Assembly: GCF_009914755.1 (NCBI RefSeq)
Contig: NC_060937.1
DNA from: the human T2T-CHM13v2.0 reference genome, Homo sapiens
Strand: one strand, 5' to 3'
Length of the DNA: 64,000 nt
Below, piece after piece: positions 1 to 10,742 of the stretch (positions within the stretch are counted from its first letter, which is position 1; each line of letters starts with the position of its first letter). Both the position numbers and the translations under genes were made by a program. The notes under the pieces are model-generated. The model worked only from the letters and a program-made list of their open reading frames with translations. It was not told the origin of the DNA and did no database searches.

Positions 1-160
<160 letters not shown>

Positions 161-1060
161 TTAGGCTTTCAGTTGCAATCTACAACGCTAAAGGGTAAAA
201 GTAAAGGCAACTGTAAATGGATCCGGTCTTATAAATGATAATCTTGATACTCAAATTAACTTAATCTCTGACCAAATGATTGTTATTTACCCCCAGCCTA
301 AGTAGCTTTGTGATTCTGAGAATCTGGGGAAAGCTCTCAGTAATTTCAAGAGTCTCAGGTAACAAAAATTGGGGTTTGGGACATTTTAGTTTCAACTATG
401 ACAAAAGAGCTAGCATTAGATAAACAATTGTATGCCAAACTACTGTGAAACCTCAATAATATGGGAAACAACTTTTTGAGGGGTTCAGCGAAAAAGCAGG
501 ACATTATGACTTTGGTGTCTAGAAGTCTGAGAGAGAATGGTTGAGCACCACAGTGACCCACATTCCATTCCATCCTTTTTACATAGGCTTTTTCCAATGT
601 GTAGTTCAGTGAATAAAAGACAAACAGAAAGTGATGAAACCTGCTGCCATCTCATAGGGAGTTGATATATGGGTTGGAGTTCAGAACTCCCAAGGAAACT
701 AAAACTTAAAGGGGAAGAGAGAACTCCAGAAAAGTATGACTAAAATTCTGAATGCAATTTTACTTTCAAGCCTTTCTAGTGCCTATGCTAAAGGTGTGTA
801 AGATAAGACTCTATGAAAGCTAGCTAACCAACACCTCTTGGAGGCTAAACTCCGACAAAGATTTCAGCAGTTTTGTCATTCTGAGAAGGAAGAATTTGGA
901 ATTCAAGTATGAGTAAATGGCAGGAATCCTAGTAATACCAGAAACTTACTTTCACAGGAGAACCGAAAAAATTCTCTGGAAGAATAGAGGTTTCCAAAGG
1001 TAGGAAAAAATCAACAGAAGTAAATCTGAACAAAGTACAAAAACCATGTTCACCTGTACG

Positions 1061-1820
1061 TGAAAACATCTTTGCAAAAATTATAACTAAGAAAATCATG
1101 ACAGTGAAAGAGATCTAACCTAACCGACTCCATCTTGCTTGTAACCTTCAAGCTGTCCTTGTTCATTCCTCGGCTTAGGCCAAACTAACTTTGGGAGGAA
1201 CTTAATTTATAGTTTAACTTCAAAATAAAGATGATTACAGCCCTTTCCCCAAATAAAACCCTTTCTGCCTGGGGACTAGACTGCCTTTGCCGGACCAACA
1301 AATTAACCATGAGATTAGAAATCATGGTTTAGGAGTCATGTAGCTGGATTCCTTGACTGTCCAGCTGTCCAGACTGGAGGCTGCAAAATTCTCAATATCT
1401 AAATTGCTCCAGGGGATAACATCACCATTGAGAAACTCAAAATTGGCGATGGAATATTTTGCAGACCCTGTACTTGATGGATCAGCTGGCATCACCCAGA
1501 TTGATAAATGGTCTCATCAGGTCTTGTGCCCCCCCCACCCAGGAACTGACTCCATGTAAGAGGACAGCTTCGACTCCCTGTGATTTCATCTCTGACCCAA
1601 CCGGTTAGCACTCCTTACTCACTGGCCCCCTACCTACCAAATTATCCTTAAAGACGCCAATCCCCAAATTCTCAGGGAAGCTGCTTTGAGTAATAATAAA
1701 ACTCCAGTCTCCCATGTGGCTGGCTCTGCATGAATTACTCTTTCTCTATTGCAATTCCCCTGTCTTGATAAACTGGCTCTGTGTAGGCAGTGGGCAAGGA
1801 GAACCTATTGGGTGGTTACA
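1061..1820 (+). mobile_element. Solo LTR8-family LTR (ERV1)
   Basis: TG...CA termini (tgaaaacatctttgcaaaa ... gggtggttaca); core acagtgaaagagatctaacctaaccgactccatcttgc matches the recalled LTR8 consensus; AATAAA near 1695. No clear TSD. Confidence 0.8.
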
Positions 1821-1899
1821 CATCAAGATGGATTTCTAATAGTCTATCATACTACTATAACCTGAGCATTAATAATTTTTCACATATAAACTATAGCAG

Positions 1900-3102
1900 T
1901 CAATTGAAGATCACGAGAAATGACCAAGTGATAGATTATCAAAGAAATAAACATAATTAAAACAAACAAAGCAAAAACAAAGCAACCAAGGTAATCCAAA
2001 TTTTAGATATATCAAAGGGTTTTTAAAATACCAACATGTTCAACGAAATATAGGAAATGATGAAGAAGTCCCAATGAAAATGAAAATCTATATGAAAGAG
2101 TCAAATGAAAAATCTAGAACTGAAAATATAAGATTTAAAATGTAATGTATTGATTTAATAAGAGATTTGACATAACAGAAGAGAGGATTGGTGAGAGTAA
2201 GAGAGTCATTATAATATACTAAAACTGAAGTATATAAACATAAAAGAAATACAATTCAGAAACATGATATTAAATACATATTTTAAATAAAGGTGTAATG
2301 TGCATATAATTGAAATTCTGGAAGGCAAGGACACAGAGAATGACTCAAAAGCATTGTAGGAAATAACAAATTTTTGAAAATTATGAAAGCCATGATTCAC
2401 TAATTTTTAAAACTTATTGAAACTCAAATAGGAAAAGTATGGAAAAATGACATTAGAACATTGATAAAAATCAGAGAAATAGGAAAAGGAAGAAAAATGA
2501 TACCAATGAGTAACTTTACAACAAAAATAATGGAAGCCAGGAGAAAAATGAAATGATGTTTTTAAAATGCTGACAAAAAGAAGCCAGAAAAACAAAATCT
2601 TGACAGCTAGAAATCTATAGCCAGGGAAAATGCACTTTAAAGTATAAGTGAAATAATGACATTTTACATAAACTAAATATGATAGAAATTATTTCCAGGA
2701 AACATGCATTAAAAATGAAAGTGAAATATTTCATCAGGCAAAAGGAAATGATCCCATCTGGAAATGCAATAATTTGTGAAAGAAGAAAAAAAAATGTAAT
2801 TTGTAATTGTGGGTAATTCTAAATGAATATGGTCAGCTTAAATAAAAAATTATTAACCTATTTAACATTCAGAATTTACATAACAGTAGAACAAAGAATA
2901 AAATATAATCATTGATTTGCATGTATTGAAAGGAAAGTACATATAGAAAAATAAATAAACATAATTCTAAGGAAGATTTCCATAAGTCATATATGAGCAT
3001 TGTAATTCTAGAACAAATGAATAAAATAAAATAAATATGAAACAAGAAAATAAATGGAAAGATTCATGAATAAAAACATGCTGGACTAATCTACAAGAAG
3101 TA
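1900..3102 (+). mobile_element. Old degraded L1 (L1M-type, ORF1 region); appears to resume at about 9451-9690 after the provirus
   Basis: A-rich + strand with L1 ORF1-like phrases (atggaagccaggagaaaaatgaaatgatgtttttaaaatgctga, agaaatctatagccaggg); boundaries approximate. Confidence 0.55.
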
Positions 3103-3514
3103 TGTCAGGCCTCTGAGCCCAAGCTAAGCCATCATATCCCCTGTGACATGCACGTATACATCCAGATGGCTGGTTCCTGCCTTAACTGATGACATTCTAC
3201 CACAAAAGAAATGAAAATGGCCTGTTCCTGCCTTAACTGATGACACTATCTTGTGAAATTCCTTCTCCTGGCTCATCCTGGCTCAAAAGCTCCCCTACTG
3301 AGCACCTTGTGACCCCCACTCCTGCCCGCCAGAGAACAACCCCCCTTTGACTGTAATTTTCCTTTACCTACCCAAATCTTATAAAATGGCCCCAACCCTA
3401 TCTCCCTTCACTGACTCTCTTTTTGGACTCAGCCCACCTGCACCCAGGTGATTAAAAGCTTTATTGCTCACACAAAGCCTGTTTGGTGGTCTCTTCACAT
3501 GGATGTGCATGAAA
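3103..3514 (+). promoter_or_regulatory. HERV-H 5' LTR (LTR7, two type-I repeats)
   Basis: Two copies of ttcctgccttaactgatgaca; TATA box tataaaa at 3380-3386; polyA signal attaaa at 3451-3456; ends catgaaa just before the PBS. Confidence 0.96.
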
Positions 3515-3516
3515 TT

Positions 3517-3534
3517 TGGTGCCGTGACTCGGAT
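3517..3534 (+). other. Primer-binding site, tRNA-His
   Basis: tggtgccgtgactcggat is the 18-nt complement of the tRNA-His(GUG) 3' end including CCA. Confidence 0.97.
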
Positions 3535-3657
3535 TTGGGGACCTCCCTTGGGAGATCAATCCCCTGTCCTCTTGCTCTTTGCTCTGTGAAAAAGATCCAC
3601 CTATGACCTCGGGTCCTCAGACCCACCAGCCCAAAGAACATCTCACCAATTTTAAAT

Positions 3658-3666
3658 CAGGTAAGC
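3658..3666 (+). promoter_or_regulatory. HERV-H leader splice donor
   Basis: CAG|GTAAGC at 3660/3661, the known position of the major HERV-H donor about 150 nt after the 5' LTR. Confidence 0.85.
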
Positions 3667-4124
3667 GGCCTCTTCTTACTCTCTTCTCCAACCTTTCTCA
3701 CTATCCCTCAACCACTTTCTCCTTTCAATCCTGGCGCCACCCTTCAATCTCTCCCTTCTCTTAATTTCAATTCCTTTCATTTTCTGGTAGAGACAAAGGA
3801 GACGCATTTTATCCATGGACCCAAAACTCCAGCACCGGTCACGGACTTGGGAAGGCAGCCTTCCCTTGGTGTTTAATCATTGCAAGGACGCCTCTCTGAT
3901 TATTCACCCACGTTTCAGAGGTGTCTGACCACGCGGGGACGCCTGCCTTGGTCCTTCACCCTTAGCGGCAAGTCCCGCTTTTCTGGGGGAGGAGCAAGAA
4001 CCCCGACCCCTTCTGTCTGGGTCTCTACCCCTTTTCTGCTTTTTTGGGTGGCAAGAACCCCCCAACCCCTTCTCCTTCACCCTTAGCAGCAAGTAACACT
4101 TTTCTAGGGGGCAAGAACCCCGTT

Positions 4125-4313
4125 CCCTTATTTCCATGCCCCGACCTCTTATCTCTATACCCCAATCCCTTATTTCTGCACCCTGACCTCTTATCTTTGT
4201 GCCCCGATCCCTTATTTCCACACCCTGACCCCTTATTTCTGTGCCCCAACCTCTTATCTCTGCACCCCAAACTCTTATCTCTGTGCCCCAACCCCTTATT
4301 TCCACATCCTGAC
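4125..4313 (+). repeat. 21-bp tandem repeat, 9 units, in the HERV-H leader
   Basis: Units such as cccttatttccatgccccgac and ctcttatctctgtgccccaac; explains the repetitive ORFs at 3904-4455 (-) and 4044-4403 (+). Confidence 0.92.
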
Positions 4314-4399
4314 CCCTTTCCCGCTTTTCTGGAGGGTAAGAACCCCCGAACCCCTTCCCTCCATGTCTCTCTCTTTTCTCTGGGCTTGCCTTCTTCACT

Positions 4400-5670
4400 A
4401 TAGGCAACTTTCCACCCTCTATTCCTCCTTCTTCTCCCTTAGCCTGTGTTCCCAAGAACTTAAAACCTCTTCAATTCACACCTGACCTAAAACCTAAATG
4501 CCTTATCTTCTTCTGCAACACTGCTTGGCCCCAATACAAACTTGACAATGGCTCTCCATGGCCAGAAAATGGCACTTTCGATTTCTCCATCCTACAAGAC
4601 CTAAATAATTCTTGTCATAAAATGGGCAAACGGTCTGAGGTGCCTGATGTCCAGGCATTCTATTACACATTGTTCCCTCCCTACTCTCTGTTCCCAATGC
4701 GACTCATCCCAAATCCTCCTTCTTTCTCTCCCGCCTGTTCTCTCAGTCCCAACCCCAGGTCTCCTTGAGTCTTTCTAATCTTCCTTTTCTACAGACCCGT
4801 CTGACCTCTCCCCTCCTCCCCAGGCTGCCCCTCACCAGGCCAAGCCAGGTCCCAATTCTTCCTCATCCTCTACTCCCCAACCCTATAATCCTTTTATCAC
4901 CTCCCCTCCTCACACCTGGTCCGGCTTACAGTTTCATTCCACGACTAGCCCTCCCCCACCTGCCCAGCAATTTCCTCTTAAAAAGGTGGCTGCAGCTAAA
5001 GGCATAGTCAAGGTTAATGCTCCTTTTTCTTTATCCGACCTCTCCCAAATCAGTTAGCATTTAGGATCTTTCATCAAATATGAAAAACCCAGCCCAGTTC
5101 ATGGCTCCTTTGGCAGCAACCCTGAGACCACTTTACAGCCCTAGACTCTAAAAGGTCAAAAGGCCATCTCATTCTCAATATACGTTTTATTACCCAATCT
5201 GCTCCTGACATTAAATAAAACTCCAAAAATTAAATTCCAGCCCTCAAACCCCACAACAGGACTTAATTAACCTCACCTTCAATGTGTACAATAATAGAGT
5301 AGAGGCAGCCAAGTAGCAATGTATTTCTGAGTTGCAATTCCTTGCCTCCACTGTGAGACAAACCCCATCCACATCTCCAGCACACAAGAACTCCAAATGC
5401 CCAAACCGCAGCTGCCAGGGGTTCCTCCAGAACCTCCTCCCCCAGAAGCTTGCTACAAGTGCTGGAAATCTGGCCACTGGGCCGAGGAATGCCCAGAGCC
5501 CGGGATTCCTCCTAAGCCATGTTCCCTCTGTGCAGGACCCCACTAAAAATCAGACTGTTCAACTCACCTCGCAGCCACTCCCAGAGCCCCTGGAACTCTG
5601 GCCCAAGGCTCTCTGACTGACTCCTTCCCAGATCTTCTTGGCTTAGCAGCTGAAGACTGACAGTGCCTGA
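4400..5670 (+). pseudogene. gag: HERV-H gag remnant
   Basis: CCHC knuckle CYKCWKSGHWAEEC at 5451-5492 and a second knuckle CSLCAGPH*KSDC with a stop; multiple stops and frameshifts; start approximate. Confidence 0.85.
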
Positions 5671-6050
5671 TTGCCTTGGAAGCCTACAGGACCATCACAG
5701 ACGCTCTGGATAACTCTCACAGTGGAGGGTAAGTCCGTCCCCTTCTTAGTCAATACAGAGGCTACCCACTCCACATTACCTTCTTTTCAAGGGCCTGTTT
5801 CCCTTGCATCCATAACTGTTGTGGGTATTGACAGCCAGGCTTCTAAACCTCTTAAAACTCCCCAACTCTGGTGCCAACTTAGAAAACATTCCTTTATGCA
5901 CTCTTTTTTAATTATCCCCACCTGCCCAGTTCCCTTATTAGACCAAGACATTTTAACTAAATTATCTGCTTCCCTGACTATTCCTGGACTACAGCCTACA
6001 GCTGCATCTCATTGCCGCCCTTCTCCCCAACCCAAAGCCTTATTTGTGTC
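5671..6050 (+). pseudogene. pro: HERV-H protease remnant
   Basis: LTVEGKSVPFLVNTEATHSTL...PLLDQDILTKL; catalytic DTG reads NTE and GRD reads DQD. Confidence 0.88.
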
Positions 6051-8450
6051 TTCCTCTCGTATCGCCCTACCTTAACCCACAAGTATGGGATATCTCGACT
6101 CCTTCCCTGGCAACCGATCACATGCCCATTACCATCCCATTAAAACCTAATCACCCTTACCCCACTCAACGCCAATATCCCATCCTACAGCACGCTTTAA
6201 AAGGATTAAATCCTGTTATCACTCACCTACTACAGCATGGGCTTCTAAAATCTATAAACTCCCCTTACAATTCCCCCGTTTCACCTGTTCTAAAGCCAGA
6301 CAAGGCTTACAGGTTAGTTCAAGATCTGCGCCTTATCAACCAAATTGTTTTGCCTATCCACCCCTTGGTGCCAAACCCATATACTCTCCTATCCTCAATA
6401 CCTCCCTCCACAATCCATTATTCTGTTCTACATCTCAAACATGCTTTCTTTACTATTCCTTTGCACCCTTCATCCTCATCCCATTTGCACCCTCGCTTTC
6501 ACTTGGACTGACCCTGACACCCATCAGGCTCAGCAAATTACCTGGGCTGTACTGCCGCAAGTTTTCACAGACAGCCCCCATTACTTCAGTCAAGCCCAAA
6601 TTTCTTCCTCATCCGTTACCTATCTCAGCATAATTCTCATAAAAACACATGTTCTCTCCCTGCTGATTGTGTCCAGCTAATCTCTCAAACCCCAGTCCCT
6701 TCTACAAAACAACAACTCCTTTCCTTCCTAGGCATGGTTATTGCCGTCAGAATTCTTACACAAGAGCCAGGACCGCACCCTGTAGCCTTTCTGCCCAAAC
6801 AACTTGACCTTACTGTTTTAGCCTAGCCCTCATGTCTACTTGCAGTGGCTGCCACTGCTTTAATACTTTTAGAGGCCCTAAAAATCACAAACTGTGCTCA
6901 ACTCACTCTCTACAGTTCTCATAACTTCCAAAATCTATTTTCTTCCTCACACCTGACGCATATACTTTCTGCTCCCCAGCTCCTTCAGCTGTACTCACTC
7001 TTTGTTGAGTCTCCCACAATTACCATTGTTCCTGGCATGAACTTCAATCTAGCCTCCCACATTATTCCGGATACCACACCTGACCCTCATGACTGCATCT
7101 CTCTGATCCACCTGACGTTCACCCCAACTCCCCACATTTTCTTCTTCCCTGTTTCTAAACCTGAACACACTTGGTTTATTGATGGCAGTTCCACCAGGCC
7201 TAATCGCCACTCACCAGCAAAGGCAGGCTATGCAATAATATCTTCCACATCTGTTATTGAGGCTACCGCTCTGTTCCCCTCCACTACCTCTCAGTAAGCC
7301 GAATTAGTTGCCTTAACTCAAGCCCTCACTCTTGCAAAAGGACTACGCGTCAATATTTACACTGAATCTAAATATGCCTTTCATATTCTGCACCACCATG
7401 CTGCTATATAGGCTGAAAGAGGTTTCCTCACTACACAAGGGTCCTCCATCATTAATGTCTCTTTAATAAAAACTCTACTCAAGGCTGCTTTACTTCCAAA
7501 GGAAGCTGGAGTCATTCACTGCAAAGGCCATCAAATGGCATCAGATCCCATTGCTCTAGGCAATGCTTATGCTGATAAGGTGGCTTGACAAGCAGCTAGC
7601 TTTCCACTTTCTGTCCCTCACAGCCAGATTTTCTCCTTCACATCAGTCACTCCCACCTACACCCCCGCTGAAACTTCCACCTATCAATCTCTTCCCACAC
7701 AAGGCAAATGGTTCTGAGACCAAGGAAAATATCTCCTTCCAGCCTCACAGGCCCATTCTATTCTGTCGTCATTTCACAACCTCTTCCGTGTAGGTTACAA
7801 GCCGCTAGCCCATCTCTTAGAACCTCTCATTTCCTTTCCATCCTGGAAATCTATCCTCAAGGAAATCACTACTCAGTGTTCCATTTGCTATTCTACTACC
7901 CCTCAGGGATTGTTCAGGCCTCCTCCCTTTCCTACACATCAAGCTAGAGGATTTGCTCCTGCCCAAGACTGCAAATTGACTTTACTCACATGCCCCGAGT
8001 CAGAAAACTAAAAGACCTCCTAGTCTAGGTAGACACTTTCACTGGATAGGTAGAGGCCTTTCCTACAAGGTCCGAGAAGGCCACCACTGTCATTTCTTCC
8101 CTTCTGTCAGACATAATTCCTCGGTTTGGCCTTCCCAACTCTGTACAGTCCGATAGTAGACCAGCCTTTATTAGTCAAATCAGCCAAGCGTTTTTTCAGG
8201 CTCTTAGTATCCAGTGAAACCTTTATATCCCTTATGGTCCTCAGTCTTCAGGAAAAGTAGAACAGACTAAAGGTCTTTTAAAAACACACCTCACCAAGCT
8301 CAGCCACCAACTTAAAGAGGACTGGACAATACTTTTACCACTTTCCCTTCTCAGAATTCAGGCCTGTCCTTGGAATGCTACAGGGTACAGCCCATTTGAG
8401 CTCCTGTATAGATGTTCCTTTTTATTAAGCCCCAGTCTCATTCCAGACAC
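6051..8450 (+). pseudogene. pol: HERV-H pol remnant (RT/RNase H/integrase) with internal deletions
   Basis: SPYNSPV..KPDKAYRLVQDLR, AFFTIPLH, LPQVFTDSPHYFSQA (no YxDD follows), RNase H WFIDGSS, integrase QIDFTHM near 7972-7992; many stops. Confidence 0.92.
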
Positions 8451-9026
8451 CAGACCAACTTGGACTGTGCCCCAGAAAACTTGTCATCCCTACTATCTTC
8501 TGTCTAGTCATACTCCTATTCACCGTTCTCAACTACTCATACATGCCCTGCTCTTGTTTACACTGCCGGTTTACACTGTTTCTCCAAGCCATCACAGCTG
8601 ATATCTCCCGGTGCTATCCCCAAACTGCCACTCTTAACTCTTGAAGTAAATAAATAATCTTTACTGGCAGGACTATGCTGAATCTCCTTAGGCACTCTCT
8701 AATCAGATGTCCTGGGTCCTCCCAATTCTTACACCTTTAATACCTGTTTTTCTCCTTCTCGTATTCCGTTTAGTTTTTCAATTCATACAAAACCATATCC
8801 AGGCCATCACCAATAATTCTAAATGACAAATGTTTCTTCTAACAGTCCCACAATATCACCCCTTACCACAAAATCTTCCTTCGGCTTAATCTCTCCAGAG
8901 ATTAAGCTTGGGAACTCTAGGTTCCCATGCTGCCCCTAATCCTGCTCAAAGCAGCCCTGAGAGACATTGCCCATTATCTCTCAATACCATCCCCCAAAAT
9001 TTTCACCGTCCCAACACTTTACCACT
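8451..9026 (+). pseudogene. env: HERV-H env remnant (mostly deleted)
   Basis: Only ~570 bp between integrase and PPT; TM-like hydrophobic tail (cctgtttttctccttctcgtattc...atccaggccatcaccaat), typical of env-deleted HERV-H. Confidence 0.7.
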
Positions 9027-9039
9027 AAGAAGACAGGAA
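9027..9039 (+). other. Polypurine tract
   Basis: aagaagacaggaa directly abutting the TG of the 3' LTR. Confidence 0.9.
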
Positions 9040-9450
9040 TGTCAGGCCTCTGAGCCCAAGCTAAGCCATCATATCCCCTCTGACCTGCACGTACACATCC
9101 AGATGGCTGGTGCCTGCCTTAACTGATGACATTCCACCACAAAAGAAATGAAAATGGGCTGTTCCTGCCTTAACTGATGACATTATCTTGTGAAATTCCT
9201 TCTCCTGGCGCATGCTGCCTCAAAAGCTCCCCACTGAGCACCTTGTGACCCCCACCCCTGCCCGCCAGAGAACAACCCCCCTTTGACTGTAATTTTCCTT
9301 TACCTACTCAAATCTTATAAAATGGCCCCACCCCTATCTCCCTTCGCTGACTCTCTTTTCGGACTCAACCCGCCTGCACCCAGGTAATTAAAAGTTTTAT
9401 TGTTCACACGAAGCCTGTTTGGGGGTCTCTTCACACGGATGCGCATGAAA
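9040..9450 (+). promoter_or_regulatory. HERV-H 3' LTR (LTR7)
   Basis: About 94% identical to the 5' LTR (~25 differences in 412 bp by hand); attaaa at 9387-9392. Confidence 0.96.
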
Positions 9451-9789
9451 AGGTAAAAGAGAAAAAAAGAGAAACGAAAACAGGTGGAACAAAGAATAAT
9501 AACCCTCATGAATCTAAATATATCAATAATTTCAGTAAATGTGAGCAAACTAATAATACTCGAATTAAATCAGAAGAGTTATAGAAAGGAGAAAATAAAA
9601 CAAATCACAATAAAATCTTTATGCTGCTTTTAAGAGGTCTTAAACATAAGGTACTAGAGAGACTAATGTATGAAAGATAGAGCATCTGTAACATTCATCT
9701 CTCAATTAGTTCAAAATTTTACCTACCACAGACACGTGAAAGACTTTTGCTGCCCCCTACCCTTCATTTCATGATTAGCACCACAAAGG

Positions 9790-10742
9790 AATTATAGGTG
9801 GTAGCTAGTCAGATATGAGCAGAGCAGGAGAGGACTTCCCCCACCCAAACACACACACCAGGAACGTCAGGTGACCATCAAGTGATGGTCAGGCAATTGT
9901 TAACTGTCTCTCTAAAATAATAATTTGTCACAGCCAGCACCAGGGAAAGGCAGTCTCCCAATAGATAAAAAATCCTGAAATTGGTGACTGGCAGCTTCTC
10001 GATAAAATCTCAAGAGTTGAGTAAGTGGGCTCAAGCCTGCACACTATGGAAATATTTTGCAGACCCTGTGCTTGATGGATCAGCTGGCACCACTCAGACT
10101 GATAAATGGTCTCATCTGGTCTTGTGGCCCCCCAACCCAGGAACTGACTCAGTGGAAGAGGACAGCTTTGACTCCCTATGATTTCAGCTCTGAACCAACC
10201 AATTAGCACTCCTGACTTACTGGCCCCCTACCTACCAAATTATTTGCACACTAAGAGGCAAAATGGTGGATGACCTTCCTCTAGGAACACTGGCCTAGTA
10301 AGGGGAAAATGCCTCAAGTGAGCATGGGTAAAACTCCAGTAAGCACACTGCACATGTTCCCCTCCCAAACCCTAGCAGGCCACTGCACATGCGGACAGCG
10401 CACCCCAAGGGAAGAATCAGGGGAAAAGAGACGCAAGACCCCAGAAGTATGCCAATGTATAAAACCCCAAGTCCAAATTCAAACAGTACAGTTGATCTCT
10501 CAAGTTGCCTACTTGGCCCTCTTCTAAGTGGGCTTTACTTTCATTCATTCCTGCTCTAAAACTTTTTAATAAACTATCACTGCTGCTCAAAACCTGCCTC
10601 AGTCTCTCCTTATGCCTTATGCCCCTCAGTTGAATTTTTTCTTCTAAGAAATCAAGGATTGAGGTTGCTACAGAACCATATGGATTTGCGATCAGTGACA
10701 TGCTTTGGTGACGTGACTTGGATATGATTCTTAGTGCTAACA
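9790..10742 (+). mobile_element. MER50 LTR with ~40 bp of internal sequence; interrupted at 10047-10244
   Basis: gtcaggtgaccatcaagtgatggtcaggc...ctctctaaaataataat...gggaaaggcagtctcccaatag; colinear with the second MER50 at 56398-57109; LTR end near 10700, then a His-PBS-like sequence. Confidence 0.85.
10047..10244 (+). repeat. 198-bp LTR8 fragment inserted in MER50
   Basis: About 90% identical to 1450-1645; flanked by tgcacacta at 10038-10046 and 10245-10253. Confidence 0.9.

Larger units (their letters stand above)
3103..9450 (+). mobile_element. HERV-H provirus (LTR7-HERVH-int-LTR7), defective, common deleted type
   Basis: Two ~411-bp LTRs starting tgtcaggcctctgagcccaagctaagcc; tRNA-His PBS; PPT; gag zinc knuckle, protease, RT, RNase H and integrase remnants; near-perfect 5-bp TSD aagta (3098-3102) / aggta (9451-9455). 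Confidence 0.98.

Noticed and set aside
3517-3534. tRNA-His gene
   Set aside because: Only the 18-nt PBS complement is present, with no cloverleaf.
4125-4313. CRISPR-like periodicity
   Set aside because: Head-to-tail repeats without unique spacers, in primate DNA with no cas genes.
3904-4455. 183-aa minus-strand ORF, the longest in the window
   Set aside because: It is the antisense reading of the HERV-H leader 21-bp repeat and has no domain signature.
5671-7297. Functional retroviral protease or reverse transcriptase
   Set aside because: DTG is mutated to NTE, the YxDD region is deleted, and there are frameshifts and stops.
5500-8230. Trp-to-stop and other G-to-A changes as locus-specific APOBEC3 editing
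   Set aside because: Many such changes are shared by the deleted HERV-H lineage as I recall; they cannot be called locus-specific without an alignment.
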